64,000 bases of DNA from an uncultured bacterium (GTDB taxonomy: Bacteria; Acidobacteriota; HRBIN11; JAKEFK01), in assembly GCA_963777505.1 (NCBI GenBank), contig CAVZQN010000006.1, forward strand, positions 256,001-320,000, in the 5' to 3' direction. Position 1 is the first letter of the stretch; each line of letters begins with the position of its first letter. The notes below the pieces were generated by a model. The model was not told where the DNA came from and did not search any database. It saw only the letters and a program-made list of their open reading frames with translations. Positions 11,238 through 19,001 of the stretch are shown piece after piece. A program made the position numbers and the translations under genes.

Positions 11238-12203
11238 ATGGTAGGAAGAGTATCAGGTGATCAGATTCGTCCAGTTCAATCTTCGGAAGTCGAAGAGATT
11301 CATCAAGAAGGTTTTGTAGAAGGGCAGGTAGTTCATCAGGATCTGGAACGGCCGTCTCGTTCTGATGGCGCAATGCGTAAAAGTGAAACCAATCTTGAAG
11401 GCCAATCGAAACAAGCAGAATTGGACAAACAACTACTGCAAGGCCGTGCTGATGCAATTTTCAAGGCATGTGAAGGTGTTGGAACAGATGAGAATACAGT
11501 TTTTCGAAGTCTGAGCGGATTAAGTCAAAAACAGCGGACTGAGTTAAACGAAATGTATCAACAAAAATTTGGAATGAGTTTGGAGGATCAACTGCGTAGT
11601 GAAATGAGTGGTCCGGAGCTTGATAAAGCTCTTGGTCTACTTCATGGAAATGGCGGGAGTCCGGTAAAGCCATCCATTGAAAGTCGCGCGGATTCAATTC
11701 ATAAGGCATGCGAAGGACTCGGTACGGATGAGCAAACTGTTTTTCGAAATCTTTCTGGAATGTCAGCAGACGAACGCCGGGAGCTGAATGAAGTTTACAA
11801 ACAAAAATTCGGAATGAGTCTTGAAGAACAATTAAAGAGCGAAATGAGCGGTCCGGAGTTACAAAGAGGTTTGGATTTATTAAATGGAAAAGGCCAATCT
11901 CAGGATTTGGAACGTTCTTCGAGCAAGAGTTCCGGTGCCGAAAATGTTAATGGATCCGCAAATGTTCAAGCAGGGCAAAACTTGAAAATGGGAAGCCGCG
12001 GTCCGGAAGTAGAGGAATTTCAAAAGCAGATGAACCAATGGAGAGCCTCAAAGGGATTACCTCCAATTGCTGTAGATGGAATTTTTGGAAAAGGAAGTGC
12101 CGAAGCAGTCAAGCAGTTTCAGCTTGCAACAGGACTCAGCTCTGACGGAATCGCTGGACCCAATACAAAATCGCAGCTGAATCGAGAGCTATCAATCATC
12201 TAA
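11238..12203 (+). CDS. Tandem annexin-repeat protein with C-terminal peptidoglycan-binding domain
   Basis: Two repeats 80 aa apart, each with ACEGxGTDE...Y..KFGMSLE..L.SEMSG; C-terminal LKMGSRGPEV...VDGIFG...AVKQFQ..GLSSDGIAGPNT (PG_binding_1-like). Confidence 0.85.
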   Translation: MVGRVSGDQIRPVQSSEVEEIHQEGFVEGQVVHQDLERPSRSDGAMRKSETNLEGQSKQAELDKQLLQGRADAIFKACEGVGTDENTVFRSLSGLSQKQRTELNEMYQQKFGMSLEDQLRSEMSGPELDKALGLLHGNGGSPVKPSIESRADSIHKACEGLGTDEQTVFRNLSGMSADERRELNEVYKQKFGMSLEEQLKSEMSGPELQRGLDLLNGKGQSQDLERSSSKSSGAENVNGSANVQAGQNLKMGSRGPEVEEFQKQMNQWRASKGLPPIAVDGIFGKGSAEAVKQFQLATGLSSDGIAGPNTKSQLNRELSII

Positions 12204-12231
12204 TTGCCTGATAATTTAACTACCTATGTGA

Positions 12232-12266
12232 AGGGCTGGCGCTATAAAAAGCGTGCAGCCCTATTT
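12232..12266 (+). terminator. Possible hairpin terminator after the annexin gene
   Basis: AGGGCTG...CAGCCCT imperfect stem with a weak T tail. Confidence 0.35.
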
Positions 12267-12308
12267 ACAGTTACAAAAGTTTTTTCGTGATGTCGTACAA
12301 TTGGTGTC

Positions 12309-12875
12309 ATGGAATGGGAGGGTTGGCGCGATGATGCGCTCGAATGGTGCCAGGGGAAGCGCTGGGAATGGCGAGCACCGCTGCTAGCGTATTTGGGATA
12401 CGCAGGATTTCGTACTCTAACGAATCACGAATATAGCAGCTTGTTTTCAGGAATCAATTTCGGCATCCATGAACTTGGCCATGTTCTAATTTCATTCGCC
12501 GGGGAATTCTTAATGATGGCGGGTGGCAGCATCTTTCAAGTTGTTGTACCACTGGCGGCTGCATTGATTTTTCTCCGTCAGCGCGATTACTTTGGAATTG
12601 CAGTTGCCTTTTCCTGGTTCAGTTTAAGTTTATTTGAGCTCGCCCGATACATCGGAGATGCACGCGCCCAGCAGATTCCATTACTAGGCTTGACCTCTGA
12701 TCCACAACACGATTGGCACTATTTGCTTTCGAAATTAGGAATGCTTCAATCGGATCTGTTATTCGCGGGTCTCACTCGTCTTGTTGGAGTAATAATTTTG
12801 ATCGTTTCTCTACTTATGGGTGTGTGGCTTTGTTTGCAGATGAGTCAACTGGCTCGCTACGGAAAAAGAGCATGA
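12309..12875 (+). CDS. Membrane protein with HExxH motif (M50-like metallopeptidase candidate)
   Basis: GIHELGH, AGGSIFQ, YIGDAR, HDWHYLL; several TM helices. Confidence 0.7.
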   Translation: MEWEGWRDDALEWCQGKRWEWRAPLLAYLGYAGFRTLTNHEYSSLFSGINFGIHELGHVLISFAGEFLMMAGGSIFQVVVPLAAALIFLRQRDYFGIAVAFSWFSLSLFELARYIGDARAQQIPLLGLTSDPQHDWHYLLSKLGMLQSDLLFAGLTRLVGVIILIVSLLMGVWLCLQMSQLARYGKRA

Positions 12876-14548
12876 TTTCAAAACTGAGAATACGTTGCGC
12901 AATTTTCATGATGTTTCTATCAACGATTGTGTTTGATTGTTTTGCCACTCAACTTCCTGGAGGCTTCCGCGAAGAACTACTTACGTATGGATTGAATCTT
13001 CCAACGACAGCAGAGTTTTCACCAGATGGACGTCTCTTCATTCTAGAAAAAAACGGCACGATTCGGATATTTAAAAATGGTGCTTTGCTTTCAAGGCCCT
13101 TTCTGAGAGTTCCTGCAAGCACACTCGGAGAGCAAGGCTTGCTTGGAATTGCTTTTCATCCGCAATTTCAAAGGAATGGCTATTTCTACCTTTATCGTAC
13201 GACGCGCGCAACTCCAGCTACGAATATAGTAGAGCGATATCAAGCATTTGGGGATCGGGCATCTTTTGAGAGCAGAGTCCCAATCATTCAAGGCATTCGT
13301 GCTGATGGACTGAACCATAATGGGGGATGTGTAAGGTTTGGTCCCGACGGAAAACTGTATGTCTCAACAGGGGATTCAACGCAGGGGCATCTTTCTCAAT
13401 TGCTCACCAGTTTGAATGCGAAGATTTTGCGCGTTAATCCCGATGGAACCATTCCAGCAGACAATCCTTTTGCAAATCGAACCGATGCCCGCCCTGAAAT
13501 TTTTTGTTATGGCCTTCGCAATCCATGGAGATTTGTATTTCATCCGATTTCGAAGTTGATGGTCATCGGCGATGTCGGTGATGCGCGGTTTGAAGAAATC
13601 AACATTGGAATTCCCGGCGCCAATTATGGATGGCCGACAGCCGAGGGTCCTTCAAATGACCCTAATTTCATCAATCCTTCGTACTCATATGATCACTCCG
13701 AAGGTGGAGCCGCTGTAACACCAGGATTCTTTTATACCGGCAGAAAATTTCCAGGACGCTATTCAAACAAGTTATTCTTTTCCGATTTTGCGCGAAACTT
13801 TATTAAGACAGTAAAGCTGGATCCGCTAGGAACGGCAGCTCCGATCGTTGAATTTTTTGCAACAGATGTTGATACTCCGGTTCATTTAACACAAGCGCCT
13901 GATGGTTCATTCATCTATGTAAGTATTTACACGGGTGAAATTCGGAGAGTTCGATTTGCGGGTGGAACGAACAGACAACCTTCTGCAAAAGCTGGCGTCT
14001 CAAAACGGGCAGGCCCTGTTCCACTTACAGTTAAATTTCACTCGCGAGGTTCATCAGATCCTGATGGAGATCCATTAACATACTCATGGGATTTTGGAGA
14101 TGGCAGTTCATCCTCACTTCCGGAACCGCTTCATATATATAACAAGAAGGGCAACTTTTTTTCTGTTCTGACTGTGCGTGACAGTAAAGGCGCGACCAGT
14201 CAGGCGCGATCTTTAAAAATTGTTGCAGGAAATAATGCGCCTCTTGCAACCATTCTTGCGCCAACTGCCGGAAAGAAAGTTCGTTTCGGAGAGATTGTTC
14301 AATTGCGGGGAAGAGCGGTTGATTCTGAAGATGGTCCATTAACAGGTGAAAGTTTGATCTGGAATATTAAACTCTTGCATAACGAACATTCCCACCCTTA
14401 TGGAGCGCCTACCGGAAATCCACAATCGTTTGTTGTCCGATATCCGCAGAATGAAGAAGGCAATTTCGGATTCAGAATTCAACTTCGCGCAGTTGATTCT
14501 GGCGGCCTAAGCCAATCGGATTTCGTTGTGATTTCGATCGAACGATAA
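12872..14548 (+). CDS. Glucose/sorbosone dehydrogenase-family (PQQ beta-propeller) protein with PKD domain
   Basis: GEQGLLGIAFHP, NHNGG..RFGPDGKLYVSTGD, GTIPADNPF, YGLRNPWRF, NYGWP; PKD motif SSDPDGDPLTYSWDFGDG. Confidence 0.9.
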   Translation: MISKLRIRCAIFMMFLSTIVFDCFATQLPGGFREELLTYGLNLPTTAEFSPDGRLFILEKNGTIRIFKNGALLSRPFLRVPASTLGEQGLLGIAFHPQFQRNGYFYLYRTTRATPATNIVERYQAFGDRASFESRVPIIQGIRADGLNHNGGCVRFGPDGKLYVSTGDSTQGHLSQLLTSLNAKILRVNPDGTIPADNPFANRTDARPEIFCYGLRNPWRFVFHPISKLMVIGDVGDARFEEINIGIPGANYGWPTAEGPSNDPNFINPSYSYDHSEGGAAVTPGFFYTGRKFPGRYSNKLFFSDFARNFIKTVKLDPLGTAAPIVEFFATDVDTPVHLTQAPDGSFIYVSIYTGEIRRVRFAGGTNRQPSAKAGVSKRAGPVPLTVKFHSRGSSDPDGDPLTYSWDFGDGSSSSLPEPLHIYNKKGNFFSVLTVRDSKGATSQARSLKIVAGNNAPLATILAPTAGKKVRFGEIVQLRGRAVDSEDGPLTGESLIWNIKLLHNEHSHPYGAPTGNPQSFVVRYPQNEEGNFGFRIQLRAVDSGGLSQSDFVVISIER

Positions 14549-14573
14549 AGTCGAACCGCAAAGACGCAAAGAG

Positions 14574-16826
14574 TCAAACAGTGGCTGCGGGTAAATCCAA
14601 TTCCGCCACGTTCTTGCGAAATTCAATGGCAGGAATTAACAAGGACGCAACCATGCCGCCTTCGGGCGCATTGTGAATCGTAAATTCGTGAGATGTACCA
14701 TACAACGAATCGAGAATTGCGCGGATCGTGGTTAATCCAACTCCTTGTCTAAGCTTATGCAGTTGCGGAAGGCCTGGTCCATTATCTCGAACTTCCATCA
14801 ATAAGCGGTCCTCATCGCGCTTGCAGACAATTTCAATCACGCCCGGACCATTCATTCGTGAAATTCCATGACGAATCGCATTTTCGACCACAGGCTGCCA
14901 AAGAAGATGAGGGACGAGGTTGTTCATAGTTTGCGGCTCAATACTCATTTTGACATGCAGTTTGTCCTGAAATCTCATGTGTTGAATTTCCAAATAACAC
15001 TTCATGTATTCCAGTTCATCTTTCAGCCTTGTTTCCTGGATCGACGTATTTTCCAGAGTTAGCTTCAAAAACTCCTTCAGTCGAAGAAGCATTTCTTCAG
15101 CCGTTTGAACATTTTCATGAAGAAGCTGAGAAATTGAATTCAGGGCATTAAACAAAAAATGTGGGTGCAGTTGCATTCGTAATACATCGATTTGAGCCTG
15201 GAATAACCCACTCTGCAACCGGATCGTATTGAGTTCTTCAGATTTATATTTCCGATAATGATCAATTGCCGCACCGGCTGCCACCATGATCCAGTAAACA
15301 AAAAAGCTAAATGCGAACCGTGACTGGGAAATATTTTGAAACAGGTATTCAAAGTAACCAACGTTAGAAGTGAAAAGCCAGAGTACAAATAGATGGATTG
15401 ATGAAATCGTAAACCAGATTGCTGTACTCAGTGCAAAATGACCTCCAAGAGATTGCAGCAACACTTTACGTTCTATTGGGAACCACCTGGCTGTTCGTAA
15501 AATCAATGGAGTGACTGCCGCCCAACAAATCCACGTGGTTGCTTGGATCATTTGAGTTGTCCAGCTTACGGGATTCGCAAGGTTGTGTGCTTCTCTACCT
15601 GCAAAATAAAATCCCATTAATGTCCAGAATGCGGGAATCCATACCCAGTTCCAAACCGAGTGAATCTTCTTTTTCTTTGGTTGCTCCTGCAATTCAAAAT
15701 ATTTGAAACAGCTTTCGATATCTTTTTCAGGTTGGCGCTGGGACTCTGGTTCAGCACAACGAACTGAAAATGTGAGCATGACGCACCCTGATTGAAAATC
15801 GGATGTTGCTCTCATGTCATAGAACTCTTGCAGGGTTGATCCAATTGTCTCAAAGACCCTGTTATATGCCTCTGGAGAAAGTGCGGAACTGTCAGGCTGA
15901 AAAGAAATTTCAAAATTCAATTTCTTATCTTCCTGTCTGGCTTGAATCTGAATCGATAGGTCTTGCAATGTTGGATTACTGGCTGAAGAAAAGCAGTCAA
16001 TAAAAATTTGCACTGGATGAAAAAGAACAAGAACCGGAACCATTTGATTGTTTAATGGAGAATCGGAGTGGACTTTGAGAGAGATGCTTCTGTTTTTCAG
16101 AATGTTTTCAAGTTCCAGGTATGTCTTAACAAACTCTAATTCCTGTTTTAATGGAACAAACAGAGTCCCTGAGTTTTCAAGGCTGAATCGAAGGAAATTT
16201 CCAAGCCGTGCTATGGCTCGTTCCGCTCTTAATGAATTTTCATGGATCAGTTTCACAATGAAATCAAGAGTTCCATATAAGAATTGCGGATTTAGTTGTT
16301 TCTTGATTTTGTCTAATTTGGTTTGTTTCAACAGCGATTCAAGCCGTGAAGACTTGAGTTCTTCATTCCCATATTTTTTTCTGTATTCAACTGCATGACA
16401 TAACACCAGAATGCCGACATAAATCAACATCCGCCACGAAATATAGTAGATGCAAAACCAATGTTCATTAAGAAGATCTTTCAACAGTGTGTTGGAGGAC
16501 TCAAATTTCCAGCTGATGGTCATTTGAGTAAGCAAATGCAAAATCGAAAATCCGAAAGAAAGTGGCAGGTGGATGGCTGCAAGCAGTTTCCATGAGATGG
16601 CTCCTGCAGGAAAGCGACGTGCCAGCTTTTGGATTGGAATTAAGAAGATCAACCACAAATACCAACCTGAAAGTTCCCAGGCGAACAATTTTGTCCATGG
16701 AAATGGATCAGTTTCGGATCCAAATCTTGAATAAGCTTGAAGCACAAAAATGACAGCAAGGACTGTTGCGATGATGAATGCTAGAGAAACACGTCTGATG
16801 TCCTGAGTCTTGAATCGGAGATGCAT
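14574..16826 (-). CDS. Internally duplicated LytS/YehU-type sensor histidine kinase (first module degenerate)
   Basis: Two TM+kinase modules: first QLNPQFLYG with no N/G boxes, second QLHPHFLFNALN...QPVVENAIRHG...DNGPG...GVGL. Confidence 0.85.
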   Translation of the reverse strand: MHLRFKTQDIRRVSLAFIIATVLAVIFVLQAYSRFGSETDPFPWTKLFAWELSGWYLWLIFLIPIQKLARRFPAGAISWKLLAAIHLPLSFGFSILHLLTQMTISWKFESSNTLLKDLLNEHWFCIYYISWRMLIYVGILVLCHAVEYRKKYGNEELKSSRLESLLKQTKLDKIKKQLNPQFLYGTLDFIVKLIHENSLRAERAIARLGNFLRFSLENSGTLFVPLKQELEFVKTYLELENILKNRSISLKVHSDSPLNNQMVPVLVLFHPVQIFIDCFSSASNPTLQDLSIQIQARQEDKKLNFEISFQPDSSALSPEAYNRVFETIGSTLQEFYDMRATSDFQSGCVMLTFSVRCAEPESQRQPEKDIESCFKYFELQEQPKKKKIHSVWNWVWIPAFWTLMGFYFAGREAHNLANPVSWTTQMIQATTWICWAAVTPLILRTARWFPIERKVLLQSLGGHFALSTAIWFTISSIHLFVLWLFTSNVGYFEYLFQNISQSRFAFSFFVYWIMVAAGAAIDHYRKYKSEELNTIRLQSGLFQAQIDVLRMQLHPHFLFNALNSISQLLHENVQTAEEMLLRLKEFLKLTLENTSIQETRLKDELEYMKCYLEIQHMRFQDKLHVKMSIEPQTMNNLVPHLLWQPVVENAIRHGISRMNGPGVIEIVCKRDEDRLLMEVRDNGPGLPQLHKLRQGVGLTTIRAILDSLYGTSHEFTIHNAPEGGMVASLLIPAIEFRKNVAELDLPAATV

Positions 16827-16971
16827 GGCAGGCCAATATCATACAAAAATATCTCGATAAAAATTTGGAAGAATACTCAAGCGGGACGATTTTGGCGTCA
16901 GAGGGAACTATTGCGACTCTGGACGGAACTCTTTAACGCAAAGTACGCCGAGTTGGATTTAAAAGAAACTA

Positions 16972-17000
16972 TTGACGCCTTCATCACACTTCACTATACT
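16972..17000 (+). promoter_or_regulatory. Sigma70 promoter of the Cys-leader operon
   Basis: TTGACG 16972-16977, 17 bp, TATACT 16995-17000. Confidence 0.8.
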
Positions 17001-17009
17001 AAAGTGCGT

Positions 17010-17093
17010 ATGAAGCTTTCCAGACAATATCAGATTTGTAGGTGCTGCTTTTATTGCATCTGTACAAGCCTGGTAGCAGGGTCTGGAGGCTGA
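17010..17093 (+). CDS. Cysteine-rich leader peptide MKLSRQYQICRCCFYCICTSLVAGSGG
   Basis: 5 Cys in codons 10-18; starts 9 nt after the -10 box with no SD; 3' end overlaps the antiterminator strand; lies upstream of a sat-like gene. Confidence 0.75.
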   Translation: MKLSRQYQICRCCFYCICTSLVAGSGG

Positions 17094-17197
17094 ACCGGCA
17101 GTCTTAACTAAAAAATCCTGACCCACTATCAGGCGATCCTGATGGTGGGTTTTTTATTTTAGCCCGCTATCGAAAATAAATCGGTAGCGGTTTTTTT
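17069..17197 (+). promoter_or_regulatory. Transcription attenuator: antiterminator plus two tandem intrinsic terminators
   Basis: 17069-17087 is complementary to 17116-17133; T1 stem 17121-17133/17138-17150 + TTTTTATTTT; T2 stem 17164-17173/17181-17190 + T7. Confidence 0.8.
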
Positions 17198-17209
17198 ATT
17201 GGAGGCACA

Positions 17210-18133
17210 ATGATCTCCCCGCATGGTGGAAACTTAGTCAATCGGATTCCCAATTCTACGGAAGTTGTTCGATGGCACGAATACGCAATATTTCAGCACA
17301 AAATTTTAATCGATGAATTTAGTGCAATGGAACTGGAATTGCTTGCAACCGGTGCATACAGTCCATTAACAGGCTTTATGCAGATTCAGGATTACAGAAG
17401 GGTTCTTCTTGAAGGCCGGTTGAGTTCAGGACTTCAGTGGACTCTTCCGGTGACGTTGTCTGTATCGCGAAGTGAAGCATCGAAGTTGAAGATCGGTGAA
17501 GACATAACGTTGCAGAATCAACAGGGCATCAATCTCGCTGTGATGCGAGTTGACGAAATTTTTCCTGCAGACAAACAGCTCGAAGTTGAAGCGCTATATA
17601 AAGGTGCAGGCCTGTCGCATCCTGGTGTTCTTCATGTTCATCAACAAGAAGAGATATTGCTTGCTGGTCCGATTATTTATCTTGGAACTCGCAAGCCGCA
17701 GGATCGATTTGCCGATTATTATCTCAGTCCTGCTGACACACGATCACATTTTCAGGAGCTTGGATGGAACAGAATTCTTGCATTCGAGCCGCGCAATCCC
17801 AGCATTCCCGGCAATCATTTGCTTTCAAACGCAGCAGATCATTATGATGGCGTGTTTCTTCATACATTGGCCGGCGATTTTTCCGGAAAAGACTTACCGG
17901 CAGATGTGAAAATCCGATGCAGTGAAATCCTTCTTCAAGAATATTATCCGCCACATAAGACTTTACTCGCTGTTTCGCCTTTGATTCTTAGAGGCGCTGG
18001 TTCGCGAGATGTTATTCATGAAGCAATCGTTAGAAAAAATTTTGGCGCAACTCACATGATTGCAGGCGGTGAACATTTGGATCTTGCTGAACAAACTGAA
18101 GTTGATTTCACGCGGCTCGTGGCAACAGCTTAA
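17210..18133 (+). CDS. Sulfate adenylyltransferase (Sat)-like protein, C-terminally truncated with degenerate catalytic motifs
   Basis: PHGGNLVNR, LLATGAYSPLTGFM, HPGV, AIVRKNFGATH; QTRNPxHxxH appears as EPRNPSIPGNH and GRDHAG as GGEHLD; only 307 aa; GGAGG SD at 17201. Confidence 0.8.
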   Translation: MISPHGGNLVNRIPNSTEVVRWHEYAIFQHKILIDEFSAMELELLATGAYSPLTGFMQIQDYRRVLLEGRLSSGLQWTLPVTLSVSRSEASKLKIGEDITLQNQQGINLAVMRVDEIFPADKQLEVEALYKGAGLSHPGVLHVHQQEEILLAGPIIYLGTRKPQDRFADYYLSPADTRSHFQELGWNRILAFEPRNPSIPGNHLLSNAADHYDGVFLHTLAGDFSGKDLPADVKIRCSEILLQEYYPPHKTLLAVSPLILRGAGSRDVIHEAIVRKNFGATHMIAGGEHLDLAEQTEVDFTRLVATA

Positions 18134-18179
18134 CGAACTGAAATCTCATAATGGAATTAGAAGTCATTTCGTTAAAACT

Positions 18180-18250
18180 GCCGCTGTGACTGAGTGGTTA
18201 AGTAGCGGTCTGCAAAACCGCGTACGTCGGTTCAATTCCGGCCAGCGGTT
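18180..18250 (+). tRNA. tRNA-Cys(GCA)
   Basis: GCCGCTG/CAGCGGT acceptor stem, GCGGT-CTGCAAA-ACCGC anticodon arm, GTCGG-TTCAATT-CCGGC T arm, U73 discriminator; no encoded CCA. Confidence 0.93.
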
Positions 18251-18458
18251 CTTACATCTTAGCGACAACACCCGCGCGTCTCAGCTAGCGCATGCCGCTT
18301 GCATTCAGCTAAGATTTGTTTGTGGCAGGAAATACTCTAATCCGTAGAAGGCTGAGTGCTGGGCAAGTCGCTAGCAAGCGGCACGATTCGCGCGTTGCCG
18401 TTGAATTCCAGCTATAGGCCGCAATGATTGGCGAACACCATAGCCATATTTAGGAACT

Positions 18459-18992
18459 ATGAAAGCTGACGACCTCGAATTCAGATCGAGCCAGAGCCCG
18501 GTCGTGCGGATTTTCTTTTTCGTTTTCGGTCTTTTGCCGCTTTTAGCGCCTTATGAACTTCTCCTTAAACCCAAGTGGAACACGTTTTTCTCTCCGTTCT
18601 TTTTTCTTGCTTTGGTTATTTCGATTGGGGCGGTCGGTGTTACTGTTTTTTTTCTCTCAGCGGCGCTCTTGGGATTAAATAAAGTTGTTCGATTCAATGC
18701 GGCGCAGCGAGAGGTGGTCTATGGTTTCGGAGCGCCGCTTCTCAAGTGGCGAAGGAAACTCGTCCCTTTTGCTCAGATCGTCGATTTACGAGTTGAGACC
18801 CAAACCTGGGATAGTGGCCCAGATACCTATGACCTTAGTCTTGATACGGTGGACGGTCACTCAATCCGGTTTGGAAAATTCGTAACCAGGGATGATGCTG
18901 AGAAGACGCGGACAGCTATACGGACGATCTTGGGGACCGGAATGCCTGTTACGGACATTTTCGATGTTGGAGCTACAAAAGAATCGGATTAA
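18459..18992 (+). CDS. Hypothetical membrane protein (2 TM plus soluble domain)
   Basis: 177-aa ORF with two hydrophobic helices; looks more GC-rich than its neighbours. Confidence 0.6.
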   Translation: MKADDLEFRSSQSPVVRIFFFVFGLLPLLAPYELLLKPKWNTFFSPFFFLALVISIGAVGVTVFFLSAALLGLNKVVRFNAAQREVVYGFGAPLLKWRRKLVPFAQIVDLRVETQTWDSGPDTYDLSLDTVDGHSIRFGKFVTRDDAEKTRTAIRTILGTGMPVTDIFDVGATKESD

Positions 18993-19001
18993 GAAGTGAG
19001 C

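Noticed and set aside
16821-17009. N-terminal part of the 90-aa ORF 16821-17093
   Set aside because: Lies upstream of and across the promoter and overlaps the divergent kinase start; only the part from ATG 17010 is plausible
17010-17093. Cys-rich peptide as a metallothionein or RiPP precursor
   Set aside because: No modifying enzyme or transporter nearby; its overlap with an antiterminator and position before sat-like and tRNA-Cys genes fit a leader peptide better (not formally excluded)
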